A DNA stretch of 64,000 bases from a virus. The stretch lies in IMG/VR virus record IMGVR_UViG_3300022602_000028. The stretch is one strand, 5' to 3'. This document shows, piece by piece, positions 1-8,984 of the stretch (positions within the stretch are counted from its first letter, which is position 1; each line of letters opens with the position of its first letter). A program made the position numbers and the translations under genes. The notes under the pieces are model-generated. The model was not told where the DNA came from and searched no databases. It saw nothing but the letters and a program-made list of their open reading frames with translations.

Positions 1-48
1 GAATACGTTGGTGGCCTAAAAGAACTTAAAGTCAAGTTAAAGCTATAA
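1..48 (+). CDS. 3' end of a gene entering from the left (possibly glutaredoxin-like)
   Basis: Frame 1 reads EYVGGLKELKVKLKL-stop; xxGGxxEL resembles glutaredoxin C-termini; only 15 aa visible. Confidence 0.3.
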   Translation, partial: EYVGGLKELKVKLKL

Positions 49-110
49 TAAATATATCTAATCCATAAAATGCTAACTTTATCCAATTCTCTTTTGTAGC
101 TATTTTTCAA

Positions 111-116
111 TAAATA
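111..116 (+). promoter_or_regulatory. TAAATA late-type promoter
   Basis: Core of the T4 late promoter TATAAATA, about 19 nt before ATG 135; another copy at 49-54. Confidence 0.55.
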
Positions 117-134
117 TACAAAAGAGAGCAGATT

Positions 135-692
135 ATGGCCTTACAAACAATCAACTTAGGTAATTATGCAAATGACGGCACAGGTGACGATTTACGCACC
201 GCGTTTACTAAAGTAAATGCTAATTTTGCCGCACTAGACACAGAATACTCAATCCTAGGCGGAACTAATCTAAGTTCAGGCGTGGGAATTTTCAAAGATC
301 GTAACGGCACTAATTTAGAGTTCAAATCACTAACTAGTGTAGATTCCAGTGTAGTTATTGCAGATCATGGATCTACATCTGGTACTGTTGATTTAGCCGC
401 TAAAACTAGTCTTGTTAACGATACTAATCCTACATTGTCTGCAAATTTATTATTAGCTGGACATAATATTGTTGGGCCAGGAGATACACAAACTAGTGTG
501 TTTGGTGTAAGTGTTCCTAATCTATCATTTTTAGTTAGTATGATAATAGAATCTCAAAAAGTCAATGTCGATTTAGGTAGTATTTTAACACCTGCAGGTA
601 ATGATACTAATTTTAGAGGTTATACATTAGACATGGGTCAATTAGTAGATCCACAACCACAACTTCAAGTTAATTTTGGAACTATTGTTTAA
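135..692 (+). CDS. Baseplate/tail structural protein with T4 gp9/gp10-like N-terminus
   Basis: MALQTINLGNYANDGTGDDLRTAFTKVNANF matches the I.IG...DGTGD.LR....K.N.NF motif of T4-like baseplate wedge proteins. Confidence 0.6.
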   Translation: MALQTINLGNYANDGTGDDLRTAFTKVNANFAALDTEYSILGGTNLSSGVGIFKDRNGTNLEFKSLTSVDSSVVIADHGSTSGTVDLAAKTSLVNDTNPTLSANLLLAGHNIVGPGDTQTSVFGVSVPNLSFLVSMIIESQKVNVDLGSILTPAGNDTNFRGYTLDMGQLVDPQPQLQVNFGTIV

Positions 693-3280
693 TGGCACTA
701 TCTGTATGGAATCAACCTTCAGGAACAAGTCTTGGAACATTTACTGAGCAAACTTCAGTAAACATTTCCTTGCCCGTTACTGGTTCCGGCATTACATATA
801 CTGTAATAAGTGGAGCACTACCAGGCGGTTTAGAATTGTCAGGATCACGCATTATTGGGTATCCTTATATTGTTACCACTGACACTACTTTTACATTTTG
901 TATAAGAGCAAGCAATGGATCTAGCATTGCTGACAGAACATTTAGTATAACTGTACATGCGGTCAATGTACCTACATTTATTACAGCCGCTGGCGCATTG
1001 CCCGTAGGTGTACATAATCAATTGTATGCATTAGATAGGACTTATGTAAACTATCAAATTGAAGCATTTGATCTAGATCAGAGTTTAGGTACTAAACTAA
1101 CTTATTACATAGCGTCCGGAGATGGGACATTGCCCCCAGGGTTGAATATGGATGCAAACGGATTGATTACAGGTTATATAGCACCTACTCTTAAAATTAC
1201 TCCTGCCGATGGTACCGGAACCTATGATGAATCTACATACGATGCAGTAGCTTACGATTTTGCCAGTTTGCCAACAAATGGTTTTGATACATATTTTTAC
1301 GATGGTGTGTTTTACGATTACAGTTTGCCAGATGGTCAGCCTATCAGTCTTAATGTCAACTATCAGTTTAAGGTAACTATTACAGATGGGTATAAACTAA
1401 GTCAACGAATTTTTAGAATATTCGTAGTCGGAGATGATACATTCAGAGCAGATAATACTGCACTAGATGGATTTGTCGGGGACTCTGGATTTACAGCTGA
1501 TGCTACATATTTGCGTCAACCAGTGTGGTTGTCTAATAGTAATTTAGGAACATTTAGAGCTAGTAACTATGTAACTATACCAATAGCATTATACGATAAT
1601 ACTGATGTGTTTTATACATTAGAAACTATTAATCGAGAAGTTAGAGCTACTACAATTAACATTACAAATGCAGATAACGTAAAAAATAGTAATCAAATTA
1701 CGGTGACTAACATTGTAGGAACCATTACAGTCGGGCAATCTATCTGTTTTGAAAATATTATTAGTGGTGCTAGCCAACAAATATACACCGTCACTAACGT
1801 GACAACAGTAACTACTGGTGTTTATAGATTATTTTTATCAACAGTATTATTACAAGATATACCAGCTACCACTATATTTTATATTGGATCTCTATGTGAG
1901 TTACCACTAGGCATGAAATTTGATGCAGAAAGTGCAGAATTGTACGGGAATGTTCCTTATCAGCCAGCAATTACTACCGTTTATACATTTACATTAACTG
2001 CTACTCGTCCTGGTAACAAAGGAGATACACTTAGTTCAAGTAAAACATTTACAGTAACAATTATAGGTGAAGTTGATAGTATTATTAGCTGGAATACTCC
2101 TAGTAATCTTGGAAGCATTGGTGCAAATTATGTTTCAACTTTACGTGTAAATGCCACAACAACTATCGCAAACGCAGTTGTATTGTATACAATTACTAGT
2201 GGTAGTTTACCTAATGGACTTAGTATGGCTAGCGATGGAGAAATTATCGGAAAAGTTATACAATTCCCAGACGGTGTAAATCATATATTAGGTCTTACAA
2301 CGTTCGACGGCGGAACATTAACCTTCGATGCTAAAACTACAACTGTTGATAGAGTGTACACATTTACTGTACAAGCTCGGGATCAGTTTGGCTACAGCGC
2401 AGTATCAAAAACTTTTACAATAACAGTAAATGTTCCAGACGCAATAGCATACAGCAATATTAGAGTACAACCCTACTTGAATAATACTCAGCGAACTGCA
2501 TTTAAGAGTTTTATGAATGATACATCAGTATTTTCCCCATCATCTGTGTATAGATCAAATGATCCTAATTTTGGATTGCAATTTAATCTTAGCATGATAG
2601 CGTATGCTGGAATACAAACTACCAGTGCAAGTCAAATTGCGGCAGCTATGGGATTAAATCATAAGCGTAAAAGATTTATTTTTGATAGTGTACAAACTGC
2701 CGTGGCATATTTGCCGGGCACTACTACCGCAGTTTACGAAGTTGTTTATTTAAAAATGTTAGATCCGTTAGAACCCAACGGAGCTCATCTCCCATTAAAA
2801 GTAAAAAGCATTGGACATCAATCCGATACAATTACAGTCGATAGTGTTCCAAATTTCTGGAGTAGAAGTTTATCAGATTTATCTGCTAATGCACCAAGTA
2901 ACCGCAGACCTTTAGAAAGTGTTACAGTAGACAGTACTGGATATGAAATTAGTAACCCAGATGTAGATACGTTTTTCCCTAGCAGTATAACAAACTGGCA
3001 ATATAGAATTGGACAAACCGGGTCAACCGAACGAAATTATTTGCCCTTATGGATGCGCAGTATACAACCCGGAACTAAGCAAGAATTAGGATTTGTACTT
3101 GCGGTTCCTATTTGTTACTGTTTAGTAGGGGAAAGTACAGGAATAAAACTATTAGTCGAAAATAGTGGATTCGATTTTAAACAATTAGACTATACCGTAG
3201 ATAGATATATAATAGATTCTGTCACCGGTTACACAAGCGATAAATACCTAGTATTCAAAAACGATAGGATAACAGTATGA
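692..3280 (+). CDS. Virion structural protein with putative Ig (He_PIG-like) domains
   Basis: Repeated Y.v.SG.LP.GL.l...G.I.G / F.F.v.A.D units; 862 aa, Thr/Ser/Gly rich; TAATG coupling. Confidence 0.6.
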   Translation: MALSVWNQPSGTSLGTFTEQTSVNISLPVTGSGITYTVISGALPGGLELSGSRIIGYPYIVTTDTTFTFCIRASNGSSIADRTFSITVHAVNVPTFITAAGALPVGVHNQLYALDRTYVNYQIEAFDLDQSLGTKLTYYIASGDGTLPPGLNMDANGLITGYIAPTLKITPADGTGTYDESTYDAVAYDFASLPTNGFDTYFYDGVFYDYSLPDGQPISLNVNYQFKVTITDGYKLSQRIFRIFVVGDDTFRADNTALDGFVGDSGFTADATYLRQPVWLSNSNLGTFRASNYVTIPIALYDNTDVFYTLETINREVRATTINITNADNVKNSNQITVTNIVGTITVGQSICFENIISGASQQIYTVTNVTTVTTGVYRLFLSTVLLQDIPATTIFYIGSLCELPLGMKFDAESAELYGNVPYQPAITTVYTFTLTATRPGNKGDTLSSSKTFTVTIIGEVDSIISWNTPSNLGSIGANYVSTLRVNATTTIANAVVLYTITSGSLPNGLSMASDGEIIGKVIQFPDGVNHILGLTTFDGGTLTFDAKTTTVDRVYTFTVQARDQFGYSAVSKTFTITVNVPDAIAYSNIRVQPYLNNTQRTAFKSFMNDTSVFSPSSVYRSNDPNFGLQFNLSMIAYAGIQTTSASQIAAAMGLNHKRKRFIFDSVQTAVAYLPGTTTAVYEVVYLKMLDPLEPNGAHLPLKVKSIGHQSDTITVDSVPNFWSRSLSDLSANAPSNRRPLESVTVDSTGYEISNPDVDTFFPSSITNWQYRIGQTGSTERNYLPLWMRSIQPGTKQELGFVLAVPICYCLVGESTGIKLLVENSGFDFKQLDYTVDRYIIDSVTGYTSDKYLVFKNDRITV

Positions 3281-4392
3281 CCAGTCAGATTAATTACGGT
3301 GCAATCAACACAACTTACCCGGTTGCAGGGCAAGATAATAATAGCCAAGGATTCAGAGATAACTTTACAGCTATTTCAGCTGGGCTCGGTGTTGCTAAAT
3401 CAGAAATAACAGCTTTACAAAGCAATGCTGTACTAACAGCAGATTTGGCCACTGGCACAACAACTGTACAAAATAATATGTTAGGCAGTACAATATACAA
3501 TGCCTTGTATAGTCAATTTAATGGCGTGTTTTTTGATGGTAGTTTGTTAGGAATTAGTGCAAATGCCAATATAGATATCACCAACGGTCCTTTGCAAAAG
3601 TTTAAATTAAGCGGTAATCCTACATTAACATTTGTTAATTGGCCAACTTCTACTGGCCAATGGGCTAAGGTCACTGTTATTATAACTTCTGATAATTCAG
3701 GAAACGTCAGAAGTCCAAGTTTTAGTACAGAAAAATCTGGCACTATCCATTATACTACAGATTTCCCAACGTTACCTGGTACTAGCACTTTAGGATTCAC
3801 AGTAGGAGGAGAAAGTGTTATTGGAGTACAAGTTACTAATAACACCATCGGTAGTAGTCCTAACTCAGGATATACTACTCCAGCTACTGTAAGTTTTACT
3901 AGTCCAACATCATCCGGCGGTACAAGTCCAACAGGTGTTGCTGTTTATCAAATAGTTAGTGCAACCATTACCGCAGGAGGAACTGGTTTCTCGGCCGGTG
4001 ATCAATTAGTAGTAGATGCACACAGTGATGTGATTTTACAAGTTTCTACAGTTAATGCCGGTGCGATAACTGCACTAACTGTAATTAGTGGTGGCACATT
4101 AACAAGACCTTATCCTGGTACATTCAACCTTACAGCTATTAGCGGTTCAGGTAGTGGAGCAAAAGCATCATTATCTAATGGAGTGAAATCTGTTACTATT
4201 ACTAACAATGGTGATGGTTATACTACCACTGCTCCAACTGTTACAATTAGTTCTCCGGGAGTAGGCGGAACTACTGCTACCGCAGTGGCAACACTATCAT
4301 CTAGCACAGATGCCAATGTTAAAGTAATCGAAGCATGGACTTATGATGCCGGTACTAACGTATACATCAAATACTTAGGTGAATATCACTAA
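3277..4392 (+). CDS. Tail/baseplate structural protein
   Basis: Thr/Ser/Gly-rich beta repeats (ITAGGTGFSAGD, ITNNGDGYTTTAPTVTIS) typical of tail proteins; coupled to upstream structural genes. Confidence 0.5.
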   Translation: MTSQINYGAINTTYPVAGQDNNSQGFRDNFTAISAGLGVAKSEITALQSNAVLTADLATGTTTVQNNMLGSTIYNALYSQFNGVFFDGSLLGISANANIDITNGPLQKFKLSGNPTLTFVNWPTSTGQWAKVTVIITSDNSGNVRSPSFSTEKSGTIHYTTDFPTLPGTSTLGFTVGGESVIGVQVTNNTIGSSPNSGYTTPATVSFTSPTSSGGTSPTGVAVYQIVSATITAGGTGFSAGDQLVVDAHSDVILQVSTVNAGAITALTVISGGTLTRPYPGTFNLTAISGSGSGAKASLSNGVKSVTITNNGDGYTTTAPTVTISSPGVGGTTATAVATLSSSTDANVKVIEAWTYDAGTNVYIKYLGEYH

Positions 4393-4622
4393 TGCATCCG
4401 TTAGCAGGTGATCTTAGTCAATTAAAGGATGCCGAGTTAGATAATAAAATTAATGATCTAACTCGCAAATATTTTTTGACTAGGAATTTTGGAGTTCAAC
4501 AACAAATTAGTGCTATGTTGGACACATACAAAGCGGAAGCAAATAAAAGACGTCAAGCAGAATACGAAAAAATGATGAATAATCGTGACAAAGGGCTTGA
4601 CAAATTAATTAATATCAGCTAA
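4392..4622 (+). CDS. Hypothetical protein (76 aa, coiled coil)
   Basis: TAATG-coupled ORF with phage-like codon usage. Confidence 0.6.
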   Translation: MHPLAGDLSQLKDAELDNKINDLTRKYFLTRNFGVQQQISAMLDTYKAEANKRRQAEYEKMMNNRDKGLDKLINIS

Positions 4623-4625
4623 ACT
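4597..4625 (+). promoter_or_regulatory. Sigma70-type promoter
   Basis: TTGACA(4597-4602)-N17-TAAACT(4620-4625) just before ATG 4632. Confidence 0.6.
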
Positions 4626-4631
4626 AGGCAA

Positions 4632-5138
4632 ATGCGCCTAGACAAATATAGTAATCCCATCTTTAATGAGCAAGATATTTTTGATGCTTTGTATCAAGGA
4701 TATCAATTTTCAGCCAACGACACTTTAATAGTCAGCGAAAGAACCGATAGTATAAAAGAATTTGAAAATCAATTAGGTTTTAAATTCTTAGAACCCTATA
4801 CTACTCATGCTGATGTTGCAGAATACGACAAGGCTTGCCAAAGTTTATGGTTTATGCCTAACGATTATTGTCCAAATTTAGTAGAAATGCTTTATGGAAT
4901 GTGTACTACTGATGAGCAAACTAATAGAGTTAGCGAGGAGTTAGAAGCATTTATAAAATATGGTATGATGGACTTATTATATTATCTTAAATATTTGGTA
5001 GATACTTTAGACGAAAATAATATTTTATGGGGCGTAGGCAGAGGATCAAGTGTAGCAAGTTATGTGCTATACTTGGTTGGAGTTCACAAAATCGACAGTT
5101 TAGCCTATAATTTAGATTGGCGAGAATTCCTAAGATAA
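4632..5138 (+). CDS. Stand-alone fragment of DNA polymerase III alpha (DnaE-like)
   Basis: WGVGRGSSVASYVLYLVGVHKIDSLAYNLDWREFLR matches DnaE GPGRGSAAGSLVAY.LGIT.IDPL.Y.L.FERFL; ends before the PDIDxD catalytic motif. Confidence 0.75.
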   Translation: MRLDKYSNPIFNEQDIFDALYQGYQFSANDTLIVSERTDSIKEFENQLGFKFLEPYTTHADVAEYDKACQSLWFMPNDYCPNLVEMLYGMCTTDEQTNRVSEELEAFIKYGMMDLLYYLKYLVDTLDENNILWGVGRGSSVASYVLYLVGVHKIDSLAYNLDWREFLR

Positions 5139-5165
5139 GTACTAGTATAATCCAAGGAGATTAAT

Positions 5166-5459
5166 ATGGCAATGAAAGACCAACCAAAAATTGTGCATCG
5201 TAGTATGCAAGGTAAAGAAATTGATATGAATAAACTTATTAATTTAAATGAAACAACACCGGCTGTCGGCAATATGAAAGTCAACGCTCGAGGCGATGAA
5301 ATTGGCACTGGCGGCAAAATCATACGTAAGCGTGAAGAAATTATAGCGGCTAGCAATCCGCCTGCACCTGTGTTAGATCAAATTAATATTCGTCCGGCCG
5401 CTCCTGCTCCTGTAGCAACAAAAGATGTATCTAATCAGGATCCAGAAGGGAAAGAGTAA
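5166..5459 (+). CDS. Hypothetical protein
   Basis: AAGGAG RBS; 97-aa ORF coupled to GroES. Confidence 0.7.
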   Translation: MAMKDQPKIVHRSMQGKEIDMNKLINLNETTPAVGNMKVNARGDEIGTGGKIIRKREEIIAASNPPAPVLDQINIRPAAPAPVATKDVSNQDPEGKE

Positions 5460-5878
5460 TGGCAGATTCAAAAGGTATCGGTCACGTAGGATTTAAGGCC
5501 AAAGTAGAGGGCACTATTCTGCCTATTCGAGATAATGTGTTTGTCACTGATATGAATTTCGATGACGTGCGAACTGCAAGTGGACTTTACATACCTAGCG
5601 ATGACGGTAAAGATTATGGAATTAAACCTCGGTGGGGTCGTGTATATGCAGTTGGACCAAAACAAACCGAGGTTAAAGTTGGCGAATGGATCTTAATCGA
5701 GCACGGTCGTTGGACTCGAGCAATTACATTAGTTGAACCAGATGGCACTGAACGTAAAATATTCCGTGTAGATACTAATTGTATGTTGCTATCAGCAGAC
5801 GAAAAACCAAACGATTTATCATGGGGGTTAAAGAGTATTGATTTAAGTCCTCCGGAATACGATTTCCATCCAGCTTAA
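5459..5878 (+). CDS. groES: Co-chaperonin GroES (Cpn10)
   Basis: ILPIRDNVFV...TASGLYIP...GRVYAVGP...VKVGEWILIEHG pattern. Confidence 0.85.
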   Translation: MADSKGIGHVGFKAKVEGTILPIRDNVFVTDMNFDDVRTASGLYIPSDDGKDYGIKPRWGRVYAVGPKQTEVKVGEWILIEHGRWTRAITLVEPDGTERKIFRVDTNCMLLSADEKPNDLSWGLKSIDLSPPEYDFHPA

Positions 5879-5905
5879 TTACTAGCATTTCGAGCAACAG
5901 ACCTC

Positions 5906-5934
5906 TTGACCGGGCCTGGTTTCACCTGTACAAT
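5906..5934 (+). promoter_or_regulatory. Sigma70-type promoter
   Basis: TTGACC(5906-5911)-N17-TACAAT(5929-5934), followed by AAGGA and ATG 5954. Confidence 0.65.
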
Positions 5935-5953
5935 AAGGAAAAGTAAGGATTAT

Positions 5954-6181
5954 ATGCAAGAATACGACCCAGATCTACAAGAGCTTTATAATAAACAATT
6001 AGAATTTGCATCAGAAATGATGGGAAAACACGGTCCTCTGCCTGTAGCCGCTATAATGATGACTCAAGCATTGAGCATTTATAGAACTAGTTTAGAAGAA
6101 ATTGAATACCATAACATGGTTGATGCAATTTCAGCTAGCAGAGATCAAATTAAACGATTTACACCGGACATACTACAATGA
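5954..6181 (+). CDS. Hypothetical protein
   Basis: Start moved from TTG 5906 (which is the -35 box) to ATG 5954 with RBS. Confidence 0.6.
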   Translation: MQEYDPDLQELYNKQLEFASEMMGKHGPLPVAAIMMTQALSIYRTSLEEIEYHNMVDAISASRDQIKRFTPDILQ

Positions 6182-6552
6182 CAAACCCATTTAGAGATCA
6201 AGAAAAATTCATGCGAGCCTGCGATCAAACTGTAGGCGATTGGAATGAAGACCAGTTCAACATGTATCTAAAGTTAATTGAAGAAGAATGTAAAGAACTA
6301 GTACTAGCATTAAATGAAAAGGATCGTGTCGAAACTTTTGACGCACTACTAGATATTGTAGTAGTATGTGTTGGTGCTATGCATAGTATGGGAACAGACC
6401 CAGAAGGTGGTTGGAAAGAAGTTATGAGCACAAACTTTGCTAAAATTGATAAAGAAACAGGCAAAGTTCGCAAGCGTGAAGATGGTAAAGTATTAAAACC
6501 AATTGGTTGGATTCCTCCCGACTTAAAACAATTTATTAAGGACACAGAATGA
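6178..6552 (+). CDS. MazG-like / all-alpha NTP pyrophosphohydrolase
   Basis: LIEEECKEL...DALLDIVVV...NFAKID...REDGKVLKP motif set (PRA-PH/MazG-like). Confidence 0.75.
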   Translation: MTNPFRDQEKFMRACDQTVGDWNEDQFNMYLKLIEEECKELVLALNEKDRVETFDALLDIVVVCVGAMHSMGTDPEGGWKEVMSTNFAKIDKETGKVRKREDGKVLKPIGWIPPDLKQFIKDTE

Positions 6553-7472
6553 AACAACTATGGGTTGAAAAATATCGTCCTAAGACTTTAGACGATTATG
6601 TGTTTAGAGATGAGAATCAAAGATCTCAGATTAAATCGTGGGTTAAAGACGGCAGTATTCCCCATTTATTGTTAAGTGGCAGTCCTGGCATTGGCAAAAC
6701 TACGCTAGCTAAAGTGTTAATGGCAGAATTAGGTATTCCGGATTTTGATATACTAGAAGTTAATGCTAGTAGAGATACAGGTATCCGAGAAGTTGTTAGA
6801 GAGAAAATTACAAATTTTGTACAAATGATTCCGTTTGGACCATTCAAAGTTGTACTCTTAGACGAAGCTGATCGGTTAAGTCCCGAGGCTCAGGATGCTT
6901 TGAAAGGTGTTATGGAGGAATATAGCGATCATAGTCGTTTTATTCTAACCTGTAATACTCCTAATAGAATTGTACCAGCACTACACAGTCGTTGTCAACA
7001 AATGCATTTTGCCAGTATCGATCAAACAGAGTACACAGCTAGAGCGGCTACAATTTTAGTAGAAGAGGGAATAGAATTTGATCTAGATACTCTAGATACT
7101 TATGTTAAAAGCGTGTATCCAGATTTGCGTAAATGCATTAATTTATTACAGCAACACAGCATGGAAGGAAAACTTATGAGTCCGCAATCTAGTGATAGTG
7201 GAGTAAGTGATTATAAAATCGAAATGGTCGAGTTATTTAAAGCCGGTAAAATTTCAGATGCTAGAAAATTACTATGCGGCAAAGCTAGGCCAGATGAAAT
7301 GGAAGATATCTATCGTTGGCTGTACGATAACATTACATTGTTTGGTGAAGAAGCTACACAAGATAAAGCTATCTTGATAATTAAACAAGGTCTAGTAGAT
7401 CATACATTTGTTGCAGATCCAGAAATTAACTTAGCGGCAACCTTAATTAGGCTAAGTCATTTGTCACAATAA
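6549..7472 (+). CDS. Clamp loader small subunit (RFC/T4 gp44-like AAA+)
   Basis: LWVEKYRP, GSPGIGKTT, NAS, LDEAD, SRC motifs. Confidence 0.92.
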   Translation: MKQLWVEKYRPKTLDDYVFRDENQRSQIKSWVKDGSIPHLLLSGSPGIGKTTLAKVLMAELGIPDFDILEVNASRDTGIREVVREKITNFVQMIPFGPFKVVLLDEADRLSPEAQDALKGVMEEYSDHSRFILTCNTPNRIVPALHSRCQQMHFASIDQTEYTARAATILVEEGIEFDLDTLDTYVKSVYPDLRKCINLLQQHSMEGKLMSPQSSDSGVSDYKIEMVELFKAGKISDARKLLCGKARPDEMEDIYRWLYDNITLFGEEATQDKAILIIKQGLVDHTFVADPEINLAATLIRLSHLSQ

Positions 7473-7498
7473 AAAAGGGCCGTTAAGGCCCTTTTTTT
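7471..7498. terminator. Bidirectional intrinsic terminator
   Basis: AAAAAA-GGGCC-gttaa-GGCCC-TTTTTTT between the convergent clamp loader and phoH genes. Confidence 0.85.
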
Positions 7499-7506
7499 AC
7501 ATCCTA

Positions 7507-8226
7507 TTATTCTCCATAAACCGCTAACACCTCCTTCACGGCATTATGGCGTTCGATGTCCTTGGCTTCAAATTGAATAATATCAATATGTTCCAAATAT
7601 TCTTTTTCTTCGAGTAGTTTGCAAAAGTCAATTAGACCATTATCGCTCAATCGGTCTGCTTGTGCTAGATCTCCTGTCACTACCATCTTAGACCCTTCTC
7701 CTAAACGGGTCAGTAGCATTTTCATTTGATTCACTGTAGCATTTTGCATTTCATCTGCAACTATGTATGCGTTTTTAAATGTTCGGCCTCGCATATAGGC
7801 TAGTGGGCTGATTTCAATAGTTCCTTCCTCTAACATTCCTGCTATTTCTTTCTTTTGATAATATTCGCCCAAGACATCAAATATAGGTCTTGTCCAGGGT
7901 GCCATCTTTTCATTTAAGTCACCTGGTAAGAAGCCTAAATCCTCATCTACGGACACGGCGGGTCTTGTTACCACGATTTTGTCAACTTTACCTTCCTGAA
8001 ACAATTTAATTCCATATTGTACAGCCAACATGGTTTTACCCGTGCCGGCAGGACCAATAGCAAGTACTATGCTAGTGTGTTCTGAATATAATTTGGAAAG
8101 ATATAGTTTCTGATTAGCGTTACGTGCATTGATACTGACACGTTGCTTTTTAGCCGGAAGATACGGCTGAAAATCAATGATATTAACTTCTGATGTAAAA
8201 CGCTTTTTCACTCGTTGTTTACTCAT
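7507..8226 (-). CDS. phoH: PhoH-family ATPase
   Basis: GPAGTGKT, RGRTF, DEMQN, GDLAQAD; ATG is the reverse complement of CAT 8224-8226, so minus strand (ORF track label + is wrong). Confidence 0.92.
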   Translation of the reverse strand: MSKQRVKKRFTSEVNIIDFQPYLPAKKQRVSINARNANQKLYLSKLYSEHTSIVLAIGPAGTGKTMLAVQYGIKLFQEGKVDKIVVTRPAVSVDEDLGFLPGDLNEKMAPWTRPIFDVLGEYYQKKEIAGMLEEGTIEISPLAYMRGRTFKNAYIVADEMQNATVNQMKMLLTRLGEGSKMVVTGDLAQADRLSDNGLIDFCKLLEEKEYLEHIDIIQFEAKDIERHNAVKEVLAVYGE

Positions 8227-8304
8227 CTAGTTTAGCTCCTACTCTACTTGTTAAAGTAGGACTTGTAGTGACCGCCTTTGATAACTACAGAGGTCCTACA
8301 TTTT

Positions 8305-8310
8305 TATTTA
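8305..8310 (-). promoter_or_regulatory. TAAATA late-type promoter for phoH
   Basis: TATTTA on the + strand; divergent from a second copy at 8358. Confidence 0.4.
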
Positions 8311-8357
8311 ACAGAATACAAGAATAATAAACTGTTATGTTATAGTTTCAAACCAGC

Positions 8358-8363
8358 TAAATA
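8358..8363 (+). promoter_or_regulatory. TAAATA late-type promoter
   Basis: About 26 nt before ATG 8389 at the head of the operon leading to the lysis genes. Confidence 0.55.
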
Positions 8364-8388
8364 AGTATACAAGTTTCTGGAAACCAAC

Positions 8389-8976
8389 ATGCATGATATT
8401 TTAGACGTAATACAGAACATACAAGATCTATACGAAAACAACAGCAGTCTTGCGGTGCTTAAAGACTTTGAACGTGTGTTAGATGAGATGGATACGTATG
8501 TATATGAAAACTGGGAAGATGGCGAATTAGCGTATGGACCACGTGTAGATCGTCATTGGATTACTGCTGGATTCATGTGGCCCAAGGATAAGATGCCTGA
8601 TCCAACTGCTGGCAAGCGTTTAATGGAATTAGGTTGCAAAATTAGCTATCAAAAAAGTCATTTGATAGAACCTCGTAAAATTCGTACAGCAGAAGACATT
8701 CGTCCTAACAGTAAAAAAGGTCGTTTAGATCGTCATCCTATTTGGATAGTAGAAATACAAATGCCTAAAAAGATTGCGTTTGATATCTATAAGGGCTATA
8801 TGGACAAGATGAAGAATGAAGGACAGAATTCAGAAGCACCTAAATCTGCTGTGGCTGCCAATGCCGCTGCCGCTCCAGCGCCTCAATCACCGGGTGCAGT
8901 TCCTGGAGCTGGGCCTGCACCTACTCCTGGAATGTCAGCACCTCCTGGTGGCGCTCCTGCTAGTACCCCTGTTTAA
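8389..8976 (+). CDS. Hypothetical protein with Pro/Ala-rich tail
   Basis: 195-aa ORF; low-complexity C-terminus. Confidence 0.75.
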   Translation: MHDILDVIQNIQDLYENNSSLAVLKDFERVLDEMDTYVYENWEDGELAYGPRVDRHWITAGFMWPKDKMPDPTAGKRLMELGCKISYQKSHLIEPRKIRTAEDIRPNSKKGRLDRHPIWIVEIQMPKKIAFDIYKGYMDKMKNEGQNSEAPKSAVAANAAAAPAPQSPGAVPGAGPAPTPGMSAPPGGAPASTPV

Positions 8977-8984
8977 GGATTAAT

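Noticed and set aside
5906-5953. TTG start giving a 91-aa protein
   Set aside because: The TTG is part of the -35 box TTGACC; ATG 5954 has an RBS
6549-7472. Archaeal/eukaryotic RFC-like appearance of the clamp loader
   Set aside because: Expected for T4 gp44-type loaders; not evidence of cross-domain transfer
7507-8226. ORF-track label of + strand for PhoH
   Set aside because: The protein reads from the reverse complement (CAT at 8224-8226), so it is a minus-strand gene
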